Source: Vicugna vicugna (lineage: Eukaryota). Taken from it: 64,000 nt of DNA. The DNA lies in NCBI GenBank assembly GCA_013265495.1, contig MU062841.1:16760337-16824336 (forward strand), written 5' to 3'. The translations under genes were made by a program, and so were the position numbers. Shown here piece by piece: positions 32,124 to 44,982 of this stretch. The notes beneath the pieces are model-generated. The model ran no database searches, was not told where the DNA came from, and saw nothing but the letters and a program-made list of their open reading frames with translations. The stretch's first letter is position 1. Each line of letters opens with the position of its first letter.

Positions 32124-32550
32124 TGTACAAGAGATTTCTAGTTGCTTACCCAGTATCCATTCTCCTCTTTTCGTGACAGAATCCCTATATTTTGGGAGTG
32201 GCAACATACCAGCTAAAATGCTACATACCCCAGGCTATCCTGCAGCCGTCGTGGCTGCAGGAGCAGAGAGTAGAAGTTATTGGGTAGGCCTCCAGGAAAT
32301 CCCCTTAAAGGGGGCTGACTAAACTGGCAGGTGATTTCCTTCCTTCCTCCTAGGATCTTCCTGGGACATGAGTGTGATAGCTGGAGCTGCAGCAGCCACC
32401 TTGTGAATAAGAAGATGGAGGCAGAGCTTGCGACTGGCAGAGCAGAGAGCTGGACGGAGCCTGGGACCTGGATAAAATCACGGACTGCCGTAAGCAGTCA
32501 GCAGATGGTTGGCTCTGGTCTACCCGGGCCTACCAGCCCGACCTCAGGTA
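32124..32550 (+). mobile_element. MaLR LTR, MLT1J-like
   Basis: gttgcttacccagtatccattctcc..cagctaaaatgctacat..ccttaaagggggctgact..ctggagctgcagcagccaccttg; paralogous to 1395-1862. Confidence 0.75.
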
Positions 32551-33149
32551 TAACCTGGGAACCTCAGTCCTGGCCCCTTCATCCTGATCTGTATCCAGGT
32601 GCTACCTTTCCCCATTGGATTCACCCTCCAGACCCCAGAAGCATCCCTTACCAGCCCATTGAGTCAGCTCCCCTGGCTGCCACTCCCCGCCGACTGACTT
32701 GGGTCATTGTCCCTGGTCTTCATGGCAGCCTGTCCTTCCTGCTTGGCCTATCCACCCCAGGTTGGAGGGTGACACCACCCAGCTGCCTGTACTGAGACCC
32801 AGAACCACGCCCAGAAATCCAGTTGTTAGGGCTGTTAGGCGAGACCCTGGGCTGGGCACAAACTGGAGACCCCAGAGCTGATCCTAACCCGGGGCTTCCT
32901 AGCTCTGGTACAAGCTCCTAAGCCAGCCGTGTGGGAGAATGGCAGCCCTTCTCTCGTGGCACCCCGCCTCCCACCACACCCCTCAGAGGACCGCCCTGTC
33001 CAGGTGGCTCCACTGCTGATCAGCTCTGACAGGCATTCCTTCTCTCCCCTCATCGCCACCTCCTGGGCTGTTCCCCCCCCTCCTTGAGCTTGCCCTGCCA
33101 CCTGCTTGCCTCCAGCCCCAGCGCCACTTGGCAGTCGGCAGTCGGAGGG

Positions 33150-33325
33150 GCTTTGGCAGAGTAGGCATCAGAATCCCCTGGGGGCTTATTAAAACACAAA
33201 TTGTGGGCTCTGCCCCTGGGGCTCCTGATCGGTAGGCAGGATTGGGGTGGGCCCAAGAATCTGCGTTTCTAACACACGCCCAGGTGATGCTGCCGGCCAG
33301 GGGTCACACCTGGGGGCCCCGTGCG
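33150..33325 (-). mobile_element. MER5A
   Basis: gcatcagaatcccctgggggcttattaaaacacaaatt..ggggtgggcccaagaatctgcgtttctaaca..ccaggtgatgctg. Confidence 0.8.
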
Positions 33326-33599
33326 ACGGGGACCTCGAGCAGCCAGTCTGGAGCCACTGCCACCCCTCAGAGGCGGAGGAGGTGGCCCTGGTTGGCACCA
33401 CCAAGCTGGGCGGCCACGGTCGGATGCCCAGGAAAGTGACGCCACCTTGCCCCCCCCAGAGGAGGGCTGGCAGCATCCCCCGGCGCTCGCCCCACACCCG
33501 CATCCCGGTGCAGCTGGAGTCTGGCTCCATTCAGCTGCCTTTGCAGTCCCTTCCTAAAACCCTGGAAAAGAGGGAGGAAGATTTAAAATCCTTACTCTG

Positions 33600-33720
33600 C
33601 ACTACAGAAGAAATATTAAGGAATTATGTCGCCTCAAACCCTATATATGCAAATGTACTCATTTGAATAACTGCCAATTTACATGCTTCATCAAATTAGG
33701 TATTCAGATTCTCGCCTGTG
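33600..33720. promoter_or_regulatory. Candidate POU-bound element
   Basis: ATGCAAAT 33647-33654, ATTTGAAT 33661-33668, ATTTACAT 33677-33684. Confidence 0.45.
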
Positions 33721-34009
33721 TCTGCATGGTTGCTCCTCTTCCTGGTTCGGGCTTAAATAGTCACACGAAGGCTGAGCTGCCGGCTTCCCTTCTGGGCCCC
33801 TGCCTCCTTCGACCTGGAAGGAACAATTAGGGATTCGTCTTCTGGAGCATCACTTGTCCCTTTGATGGTTAGGCTGGCCCTCTTTTTTGTTGTTTCTGTC
33901 CTAGTAACACGCCATCTCCTCCCATGTGGGGCTCTTGAAAATACGTGTCTATTTCAGTCCCCCTGGGTTCCGCCACGCCCCGGGAGGTGGCGGGGGTGTA
34001 GAGGGGCCC

Positions 34010-34100
34010 ACACTTGGCAGATGGGGAAACCGAGACTTGAGGTTACAAACCTGCAAACTCAGATTCAAGCCTGGGGTTTGGGGCTCAGCGCTCAGGCCTC
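34010..34100 (-). mobile_element. MIR fragment
   Basis: gcagatggggaaaccgagac..gattcaagcctggg. Confidence 0.5.
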
Positions 34101-34284
34101 TCTGTTCTGCCACAATTGTCCTGTGCGCTTGCTCTTTTTCAGCCCCAGGAGATCAAAATGGGTGATGATTTGAAGCTCCTTTAAAGCTCTTTTGTTCTTT
34201 TCAAAGAGTTCTCGAAACAGTAGCAAAGCCTTTTGCTCGGTTGCTTTCTGACGACCCCTGGGGCCGTGGAGATGGCTGCTCTTC

Positions 34285-34350
34285 CCCAATACACAGATAA
34301 GGAAACTGAGGCCTGAAGTGACAGGGCGGTTGGAATCAGAGCAGCAACGC
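34285..34350 (-). mobile_element. MIR fragment
   Basis: acagataaggaaactgaggcc. Confidence 0.5.
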
Positions 34351-36074
34351 ACACCAGGTCCTGCTCTCCCGCTGTGATGTGAGGCCAGCTTATAGGTGGC
34401 TGTTAGCACCTCTCCCAGCCCTGACTCAATGACCTCGCGTGGGCAGCTTGACCAATTAGAGATCGACCACGGTGCATTTACAGCCGGGGATCAGCAAACA
34501 CTAAACACCGGCGCACCCCCCAGCCCAAGTCCATATTCACCTCTCACAGAGAAGGTGTCCAGGAGAGAAAGCAGCCTCCTTCTCCAGCCTTCCTCGCATC
34601 TTCATGGCTACCGCCCTCGGCGTCGCACCCTCACCCCGAGTCAGGCCAGACGCCCCCCGCAGAGGTGGCCAAACACCCGAGGCTGCCTTCCTCCTTCATC
34701 CGACGGACCAGTCACCTGCTACTGGGCCTCCTTCCAGCTCCTGTCAGTTCCTGAGGGATCTGCAAGGTCCCGGAAGACTGCAGAGGAGCTGCCCCCGTTC
34801 TAGAATGGCACACCAGCCGCACACTGCCTCACCATGTCTCTTTGACCTTGGAGCCCCGGGCCCCATGAGCTGGGACACTCAGCATCTGCCCACTCCTCCC
34901 TGTCTCACTGGCTCAGGGCCCTGATGAGTCCTTCGTCCCTGGAGATGTTCACGGTGAGGCTGGACAGACACGTGGCCAGGTTGCTGCAGCGTCAAATCCA
35001 GGCATTGTACGGAAGGTGAGGCCATGTGTCTGGACCGGAGAAGCCGTGACTGTCCTCTTTGCGCTTGACTCTTGACCTTCCCCGACCTTTAGAAGCTGCT
35101 GCCCTCTCTCTGCTGCCTCTTCTCTCCCAGCTTGCCCCGATCCAGGGCCAGTGTGGGCTGTCTGGGTACCGCCGTGGAGGCTGTCCCCTGAGCTCAGAAC
35201 CTAGCCCGCAGACAGGGCCACTGAAGGCTCGGATTTCCCACTGACGTTCCCACCAGCAGAAGCTCCCCTCTGGAACGGGACGCTGGCTCCAGAAGGCCTC
35301 TGTTCCCAGGCTGGCGCGGCCTCATCAGCCTCAAGGACGCAGCAGACCAGTCACACGAGGAGCATTGGGCTGGGAGGGGCTGGGAGATGCGGCTCTGAGG
35401 AGGCCTTTCCCCCGTGGGGTCGCTGTTCTTGTCCCTGGGCTGTAAATACCAGGAAAGGGCTCTGGGGAGTGAACGGTGTGAATTCCTTCCTTTCCTGAGG
35501 TCTATGGCCCATCCCAGCTCCAAGCACCCCCGCTCCCGCCCAGTCTTCGCATCGCTGGGGAGTATTTTATCAGCTCTCCAGTACAGGATGAAATCCTTCA
35601 GCAGAAGAGACACAGATAGCTGCACTTTAACGGAGGTGGGAGGAAACCTTTGGTGCGTTTGGGGTTTATTTGCATATAACTCACCCTCCCCCCACCCCCG
35701 CTTCCTGAAAGTATTCGAGGCAGTTTACGATATTAAAACATATAATAAGGCAGCCAGAAGTAAAACCAGGAAGAGGCTTCCTGAGCCACTTAGAGAACTG
35801 GGAGAAAGCACTCTCCAGGAAGCACTGGAGTAAGATCTGGTTTACGCCGAGCCTCCTGGCAGCCAAAGCAAAATGAAGTAACCACAGAAAGGTAATGGGT
35901 AATTTGGGGACCCTTGTAAAGGGAAACCTGGCCCTTCCCTGGCGGTGGGGATGATGCCTCAGGATGGGGCTCACCACCTCACCTTTTACTCTGTCTTCAT
36001 CCTGGTAATGCCGGCTCTCCCCGGTTGACCTCAACTAAAGCCCAGAAATTACGATCATGCCTGTGATGTTTCCA

Positions 36075-36205
36075 AACCAGCTTCATAAATAAACATGGGC
36101 ACAGAGGAGGAATTCCCCAAAGGAAGTTAGGAAATCAGAGTTGTGTTTATAGTAAGGAGCCGGAATGCAAATCCTGCAGCTGCTGCCTCTGCCTGTAAAT
36201 AGGAG
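36075..36205. promoter_or_regulatory. Dense multi-factor enhancer candidate
   Basis: Three forkhead-type sites, NF-kB, ETS and an octamer within 120 bp. Confidence 0.45.
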
Positions 36206-37861
36206 GCGGAGGGATTTGGTGGCTGTTTGCGACAACCAAGCGTGGCCTAGACCGAAATAGTCCAGGGTGTTTGGGCTGGGGGTTAGGCACAGATAGACCT
36301 GAGGTAACGCGCTTTATGCAATGACTTTGTCTGGAAACATCGTGGGCCAACTGGTCCCTTGTAAAGCGAGCACTAGTTTACACGCACGCAGGCGGGCATC
36401 CATTCAAGAACTCCGTCGGCTGATCTTTTGTTGAAGTTTACAACGTGTCTCCTTTAACCTTTGGTACAGGTGGCTTCCTAGTGGCTGCCCTGATTGAAGC
36501 CACGTTACCGTCCACGTTAAACAGGAGTCAGTCTGCTTCCTCGTGCCTCGATGGCCGCTAAAGGCCTGCACGCCCTCCCCTCTTCTGGCCCACACTCCAT
36601 CCTGCTCCATCTCTTGAGTAAACCAGCTTTTAGTTGACAGCAGCCGAGTGAGGAAAGGGACACGGGGCGCTTTGGGAGGACCCTTGCTGCCCTCAAGGTG
36701 GAGACGGACCTGCCGGCTGCGAGCGCAGCCCTGCAGACGGTCAGCCGGGCGCCCGCAAACCTCCGCCCGCGGGCGTCTGCCGAGGCCGCAGCTGGGTGCA
36801 GGAGCCAGGAGCCTGCTGCCGGTGGAGGGGCTCGGCGAGCAGGACGCCACTTCCAGAACAATTTTCAAAAGCCTGAGCTAATCATACGGAGCCGTTCATT
36901 AGAGCCGCGATTTTGTCTGCCGTCAGCCCCTTTCCTCAGAGAGCGTCTCACTTGTGCGTGGCAGACTGCGGGGTTCCCCGCACGTGTCCAGCCTGGTTCG
37001 GGGGCTCTCTCCCTGGATGCCCCCTTTCTTCTTCTAGCGCTTCTCAGTGGAGGTGATTTGCTCCCCAGGGGACATTCAGTAGCGTCTGGAGACACCTGTG
37101 GTCGTTGTGACTTGGTGGGGGGCCTGCTGGTGGTGTCCAGATGGAAGGGCCCTCAGGGCACAGGACAGTTCCGCGGCGAAGACGTACGTGGCCCAAGTGT
37201 CAGCGGCGCCCGGCTGAGAACGTCCAGGCAGCTGGGACTCGCCCTCCAGCCTCAGCAAGGAGAAGCTCCCGCTGAGGAAAGGCTGCCTTGACCACCGCCC
37301 CGCAGCTGTGCGGGGAGCCCCGGCCAGCAGAGAGCCGGGCCCGGGGCTCTGATGAGCATGGGCCCTTGTGCAGTCTTCCTGCCTGGCCCTGCTCTTCTTT
37401 GCCTGCCCGAGCCGGTTCCCGGCTAGCAGGCATGCCTCAGTCCCCCTCCTGTGACAGAGGGGCACAGACTCTCCCAGTGCTCACCTTGCTCGGCCCTGAG
37501 TGCCCGTCCCGGGTGACAGCTGTCCACTTCGTAACTGGCCTCAGCGTCGACAGCTGAAGGGCAGAGAGCAAGTGAGATTAACTCCACTCCAGACAAACCG
37601 GGGGAGGCAGAACCTCGTTAGAGAATGCCTGTCAAATAGAACGCCTGCTAGAAATGACAGCCACAATGTAATGAATTCCCGGAGAAGAGCCTCCTCCTCA
37701 GGGCTGTGCACTTGTGCCCTCCCAGCTGCTTCTCCTTTCCCGTCACCACAGTCCCTCCGAGCTGGCTGATGTGCCCCCGAGTGACAGCAGGAGCCAGGTA
37801 AGGGGTGCCTGAGGCATCGGCCCGGGACTCTGGCGACCCAGGGACCAGGATGGCCCTCGTG

Positions 37862-37975
37862 GCCATGTGACCCTGCACAAGTGTCCTTACCGATCTGAGC
37901 CTCAGTTTATCCATCTGTCCAATGGGATGATAATACTCAGGCTACTTCGTAGAGTTATTAGAAAATCAATGGAAA
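37862..37975 (+). mobile_element. MIR
   Basis: atgtgaccctgcacaagt..ctgagcctcagtttatccatctgtccaatgggatgataatac. Confidence 0.7.
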
Positions 37976-38004
37976 AGGGGAAGAACCAAAGGAAGCAGCT
38001 AATG

Positions 38005-38160
38005 TCTGGGACCCTATTATATGCTAGGCCCTTTGCAGACATCATTACACTATTCTTCATGCCGATTCCTCCATTCTTCAGAGGGGAAACTGAGGCTCAG
38101 AGATGTTGCAGATGCTCATGGTCCCATGGTGGTGATACGGGAATGTGAGCCCAAGTCCGC
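38005..38160 (-). mobile_element. MIR
   Basis: ccattcttcagaggggaaactgaggctcagagatg. Confidence 0.65.
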
Positions 38161-41100
38161 CCAACGCCGAGGACCACGCTCTGCCTTCCACACTGCACCG
38201 TCTCCACTGCCGGACCGCGTGGGAAGCCTGGCCACATGCAAGCCTTTCCCAGAACTGCCTCCCCAGCACATGCTTTCATCCTTTATTAAGGGCCAGAGGG
38301 TGTGGGACTGAGGCTGTCCTGGAGGAGGAGAGGAAAGAGAAAGCTGTGTGTGCTGGCGGAGGTGGGATTAGAGCCGGGCCTTGGAGGATGAGGCGGAGGA
38401 GCAAGGAGGGCATCCCGGACAGGAAGAAGGATGAGGCCACAGGCGCAGCCGCTGGGATGGGTGTGGGGGGCGGGGCGGCCGTGGGAAGGGCGCCTGACTA
38501 AAGCGGCAAGGCGGGGGCCACGTGGGCAGTGATGCAGAAAGAGTCGGAGAGGTAGGTGTGTTGGTGGATAGGCCATCTTCTCCATCCTCAACCCGTGAAA
38601 TGCAGCTCTCAGATCCCTCATTCGCATTCTGGGGTCAATGACAGGCTAATCAAAAGAAAAATTTTAAAGTAGAACCTTTGGAGATAATTAGCATTTTAAT
38701 TGGGATCAATGCTTCAGGCGAAAAGAAGGAGGCTTTAATGTGGGATTCCAGGCAGCAGCTGGCAGGTCCGGTGGGAGCTGGGGTGCTGTCTTGCCACAGG
38801 GAAGCAGCCGGGCCCTCCTCCTCCCCCCCGACCGGCCCACTCAGTTAGCCTCACTCGTTCCTCCCCTACAGCAGGCTCTTCCCGCGGGTGCTTTAGGCAC
38901 TGCATCTCATTTAAGTCTCTGAGCAGCCCGAGTGCTAGCGACGAGTTAGTTCCACCTGTCCAGTCGCAGGCTGCCCAGGGTCTGTTCAGTCCCGTTTGCA
39001 GACATGGCAACTGCAGGCGAGACTTTGGAGTTCCTTGTGTGAGCGCCTGTGACTAAGCCGGACTGACGCCAGTTTTCAGATCCGCTCGACTCCCCGTCTG
39101 GTGCTCTTCTGCTGATGGCTCTTGGCCTGACGGAGAGAACCAAGGGGAGGTCCATGTCCCCTGCCCCAGGCCCGTGTTGGGTCTCAGTTCTCCGGAGTCA
39201 CCATGAGGGCCAGCAGGCCTGGAGAGCAAGGAAATTGACCAAAAAGTCAATTTCCAATCATTGAAGTTTCTCAATTTAAGGACCACATTAAAAAAAAGGT
39301 ATTACCCATTCCATATGGAAATCATTCTAAAATATGGTTATTTCCTGCTCTGACAGGCGGCACTTAGGGGACCCAACGTGTTGGTCTAGAGCGAAGGAGG
39401 GACCTGGAGCGTGAAGGCCTCTGTAGTTTTTGACCTTGGCCTGCTCGGGTGGGCAAAATCCGTGACTCATCCGCCTGATTTATTCCCATTTTCCAGGAAA
39501 TGAGGGGAAGGCAGAAAAATAACTGGAGGGTGAGATAGAGAGAAGCGTACCCATCGTGGAGACCCCTTGCTAACCTGGACGCGGTGGCTTGCCTGTCGGC
39601 GGCCTCTGAGCAGTCTCCGGCGTGCCGGGTGGTGACGCTGCACATCGTTCACCCGTAAGACCGTCGGGGGAGGGACTGCTGCTTATGCTTTCCGCTCGGT
39701 CGGCAGCCCGTGAAGAGCCCCCCAGCCCCCAGCGGGAGTCCTTCCCGAGCCCTGCCCCGTGGACCCCTGAGCCGCCCAGCACACACCCCTCCTGCCTAAT
39801 GCACCCCAGGCTCCCGCTTGGGTGCAGCCCTGGAGGGGCTCTCGAGTGGAGGTGTAGCTCACCAGCTAGGAGCAGACCCCGGGCCCAAGCTGAGCCACCG
39901 CTCCGCCTGGGGCTCTGCTGCTGGAGCAGGTGAGAAGCTGGGCAGGGTCCCAGAGCACCCCTGCCCACCGGTCCTACAGCCTGAGACTCAGGCTGTGCTG
40001 GCTTGGCGTGTGCTCTGTTTCCCGGGCTGGTTCCCCTTCTGCAAACTTCCTGCCCTGCTTCCAGCAAGGGCCCCGCCTCTCCCAGCGGCCTGGAGCCGTC
40101 GTGGTTTGCAGCTAGTGCTGCCCTGTCCTTGCTCGCTGCAGGCTGTCCTGGCGCCGTCTCTCCCTGCTGTCAGCCTGCTGGCCTTCAGAAGGCCTCCCCT
40201 CCTGGTCGGTGCGCCTCCTAATGCCGTGGGGTGGACAAGGCCTCAGCTAGCTCGGAGGCACGTGCAAAGTGGGAGTCTGTGGGATCCAAACAGGGCGCGG
40301 GATCAGCTGCACGATCCATCAGCACATGTCCGTGCGCTCCTGCTCCAAGGCCGGTGCCAGTCCCGGGAGGTGGGGTGGGTCGGGCTGCGAGACGGGCAGT
40401 CCCCAGGCAGCAAGGGGAGGCTCTGTGCTCCCCTCGGTCGTATCGACCGCCCTGGCCTGGGGAGCTCCCCACTGAAAGATCTGGGGGTTAAAACAGTGTC
40501 CCTTTGGGGCCCTTTGATCTGGAGCCTGAGTGCAATTTATGGGAAATTTAAAATAGCCTTTTATCTTCACAACAGGAAGCTGGGTTGTGATTGAGGCTCC
40601 CTCCTGCACGGATGCCGGGCTGGTTTGGGCACATGAGCCCCGTCTAGAAGGAGGTCCCGAGTGCAGGGAGCCAGCCCTAAGCCTCACATTCTTATTTATG
40701 TGTTTCTCTGTTTAATGGGCGTTTTTGAGCCCCTTCTATGTGCCAGGTCAAGTGCTGGACACTCTAGGTGATCCTCAGAGCCTCCGCAACAGCAGGCTCC
40801 CTCCTGGGAGGCAAGGTCAAGGCGCTCGGCCCCACCCCAGGTCGGAGCAAAGTGTTTCCTGCCCAGCTCGCGGCTGAGCTTTACCCAGAAGACGCCCAAC
40901 TCCCTCTGGCTCTGAAGTTCTATGGCCAGTCTGCTTGGGCGTGCCCCACTGTCTGGACCCTGATGCCACTCCCAAAACACAGCTCAGAGCTAAGGTCGGC
41001 ATCAGGAAACAAACACTGTATCCTTTATCCCGCCTCCCATCGTCCCCAGTTCCATCCTCAATGCCAGGCAAGAAATGGGCTTAGGGCTTGTTCTGCTGTG

Positions 41101-44100
41101 GTTTTGTGGGTGGGGGCTTTGTCCTCCCGGCACGGGCGGGTGTGCACTGAGAGGAGGAGAGAGTTACATGAAAAAGGGAAGTTTTGTGCGGGCCATGCTG
41201 AACCCAAAGGGATGGCCACCAGCAGGAGAGCGCCGGGCTCTGCACCCCGTTTCTGGACTGAGGGCTGGGCAGGGCGGTGTCTTTCCCTGCACTCAAGTCT
41301 GCACTGTCCTTAAGCCTGGGAAACGGGCCCAGGGACAAGGAGGCCACGGAGCCAAGGAGCCAGCCCGCTCCAAGCTGGCGGCCCTCTCCTAGCAGCCTGC
41401 AGTTTGTAACCCAGGACCCCCAAATTCCCTGCCCGGTGGTCCTGACTATGCTCCTGGAGCCCGAGGAAGTTTTTTTCTGGGGTCCATCTCCCCCAAGGTC
41501 TGACCACACTACCGATGTGTGCACCCGTGGGCCCCAGGGGTGGCCTGGGGGCAGCTGTTTGGGAAGAGGAGGGTGGACCGCAGGTAGAGCGTCTGCAGAT
41601 GTGACTGCAAGGCCTCTCACCATGTAGGGTACAGCCGGTGTGGACAAGAAGGGGGTCAGGCTGGGGGCTGGGCACTGCAAACGCTGCATCAGGGGTCTCC
41701 AGCCCTGATGACAAAGGACAGGGCATGGCAGAAGGTGCCTTAGTGTCCACGCTGGTTACCAGTGTACTGATTACTTACTGTTTTCATCAGTTCATAAAAC
41801 CATACCTTCTAAATACTGCAGCTTAAAGTAGAATTTTAAGAAACATAGCTCCTAGAGATCAGGAACTCACAGAAACACTGAGGGAGGGCTTCCTATGAGC
41901 TGGTCCTGGGGTGCTGGCCGCCTGGAGCTTGGAGCTGCTTGGGGGAGACGGTGGAACGTGGGGGAGGGCATGAGTGATGGGATGCTCTGTAAAGGGACGT
42001 GCAGGCTTCTGAACAGAGGTCCCAGCGCGGGTGGTCGGGAGGCCTCCCGAGGGAGGGAGCTAAGGTTACTGATGGGTGAACCAAGGCCCCGAGAGGCTAA
42101 GTGTATTGAGCTCAGAGTGGCTGTCATTATTTGATGACAGTTTTCCTAACTCTGAGAGTAGCGGGCTTGGGGCCACCCTTTGTGGCCTGGTTTCCACGCT
42201 GGAGTACGCAGGGATGCCCCCACCAGCCTGTTTTCATGCAACCAAACAGTTTTGCCCATCATTCGACTTTGGCTGTGCACTCGCACACACACCTGCCTCC
42301 AGTCTGGGTGTGGTGATGAGCCTGAATGGCCTGCCTCCAAGGCATTCGGAAGAAAGGAGACCCGCCAGCCACTTAACAGGCATCCTCCGCGCAGCTTTGA
42401 AATCTGAGGCTGGGCTCCCAGCCCTGCCCGCCTGCGGTTTGCCTCCCCGGGCCTCCCCTGGGAAGCAGGCCCTGCCGCGAAGCTGGATTTGATCAAAGCC
42501 TCTGCAAACCCGAGCTGAAGCCGCAGCTCTCGGCGTTATTACAGTGCTTAATAACTTTCCTCGGCTCCTCCCTCGCGGAGACCCTGAAAGACTGCCCGTT
42601 CCTCCTCCATCCTCCCTCTGCCTTTCCACATGGTGAGAAGGGGCCTGGGGCGGCGGGGGGCGGGTTTGACTTCCCTCCCGTGGTTCGCAGCCATAATCGC
42701 CGTGTTCCTAATTTCCACGTTCTGGAAGGCTCCTTACAGTGTAACAAATGCCCTAATTACCGTGTTTGTGGCCCTAAACGTCGTTTTAAACATGCGGCTC
42801 CATTTCCATCACCCGGCAACGTGGCAGGGAAGCCACCAGGAGAGCTTCCCGTGTGCAGAACAGGTCTCCGGCCTGCCTGGATCTCGAGATTTCAATCTTA
42901 TCTGGCAGGGAGAGTAATTTGAAATTTAATCATCTTTCCCCCAAGCGAGAATGCCTTATTATTGCTTTTCTAGAGAAAAGAACAGGCCCAGAAATCCATC
43001 CCCAGATTTGGGGGTGGAGGTGGCGGGAGGGGGCGCATTAGGCTGTGACTGCATGGCGGCCGCACTGGAGGGCTGTCCGTGGGACAGTCGTCGTGGCTGC
43101 GTTCAGCTGGAACCAGCAGAGCTGCTCCGGCAGAACCAGCGGCACAGGCAGGCCTGGCGAGGCCCTCCCGTCCGAGAGCCCTGGCCTCCAACAGCCTGTC
43201 TCGTGCTTTCCACAGGGAGGGCTTTCTCCCCTCCCTTGTTGAAAGCGGCCGCCTTGGAGAGATGGTACCCAGGTTAGCCGGCAGGAGCTCAGGGGTGCCG
43301 CCTGGTCCCCAGGGTCCCCAGCTGCTCAGTGAAGGGGCTTTAGCCTCAGCCTGCGGCCGAGTGAGAGAAATAAGAATGTAGGAGGTTTCTGATAAAAGCA
43401 GATTCTGTCTGTGGATGGTGGAGGAGAAAGGAGGTTTGACTGCGTGGAGCCAGAAGCTAGTCTAAGGAAGACTCTGCCTGTCATCAGCTGGGTACACGTC
43501 TAAGTAGAGAATCTGGTTCTCATCATTTCTGGCCCAAACGGAAGGTCTTCCCCGCCTGGAATGCACTTGTCAATCCTGCGTATACAGTCGTGAGCGCCCC
43601 ACACGCTGCCAGCTCACCTGCACGGGAGACTGGGTGGAGGTTCCCCCAAATCGGGCAACGGCCTTAAAACTTAAATGACCTCACAGCAATGAGCTAGGAA
43701 ACTAGAAGAAATTTCCTAAATGATCAATAATAAAAAGCAAAATCAGGCTGACGGTATAAAGGGGGGCAGGGCTGTCCTTTTGCCCTCCCCGAGGGGAAGC
43801 CACACAGCTGCTGACGTGTGAAGAGAGGGCTGAAGGGCACGACGGGGAACGCTATCTTAGCGGCATGTCAGGCAGTTAACTATTAAACAGTGTGGATTTC
43901 CCCCCTGAATTGCCATGTTTGTGGTATTTATCAGCTTTCTAAGCTGAGATTTGTGATTGGTTGTAATTTCTCATTCTAAATAATGCCCACTCTCATACCT
44001 AACTTTATGTTTTGCATTTGGAGTTCTTTTTCTTAACGAGGACCTCACGGAAGCAGGTCCTGCCCGAGCAGGGCAGCTGGGACCCGCTGGCAGGTGCGGG

Positions 44101-44982
44101 GTGGGAGCATCAGAAGGGTGGTCAAGGCCGACTTCAAGACTGTATTCTTCCAATGTTCACATACTAAAAAAAAAAAAATCCCTTCCTGTATAGGATAATA
44201 TAAACAAATGAGTTTTCAAATGCCCTCACTTGGCAAAGCGAAGAGCCTGCCCCTATGCTGGCTTCCCGTTCCGTTTACACGCGGTGTGCCGCTGGTCAGC
44301 GACTGGGCAGGACTCCCCAGGGATGGGTCCTGCAGAAGCGCCCTTGGACGGGAGGGGCTGGGGCGAGGGCTGGTTCTAGGAGACCAGACTCAGCTGGGCC
44401 AGCCGAGCTGGAGGGGCCCGGAGCCTGGAGCTAGGACGGGCTAAGGACTGTTCCCCGAGGGCCGGCCCGCCTGCCTCTGTGGTCCCAGCCCTCACAGCCT
44501 CCGGCCTGACGCCGTGCCCAGCCGGCCTGAGCCCCAGTTTCACACCTGCGCCCCTCCAGGCTCCAAGCTGGCTGTGGTTCACACACTCCAGGGTTTTGTT
44601 GCTCACGCCGTCTCCCTGTTGACAGATGCCTTTTGTGGCTTCTAGCATCTTTGCACCCAACTTGTGGCCCCCACTTGTCCCCGGCCTCCCGTCACCCCAG
44701 GCCTCTCGCTGGCTGATGCTGATGCTTGGTACCACCTGGGCCAGGCCACTTGTGCCCCACGCGCCCTGACAGGTGGGGCCACGCGGCAAAGGCATGAGAA
44801 CCCAGCCACGGCAAGCCACACGCGTGACGCCTGGGAGCCGCCCCTTCGCCGCATTATACCTGCAGCTGCCGTCCCTAATCAAGCTCTTTAATTTTGCTAC
44901 AAATACCTGCGTGCCCCGCAGGCTGCACCGAGCCTCAACAAGGTGTTTGTCCGAGTTGGTTTTTTAGGAACTTAGGGGCAGC

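Noticed and set aside
32239-32261. 9-bp-arm hairpin CCTGCAGCC-N5-GGCTGCAGG
   Set aside because: Inside an MLT1J LTR, too short for a miRNA; probably a local template-switch mutation.
43749-43761. TATA-like TATAAAG with a CRE half-site
   Set aside because: No CpG or initiator context or downstream donor; a single short motif.
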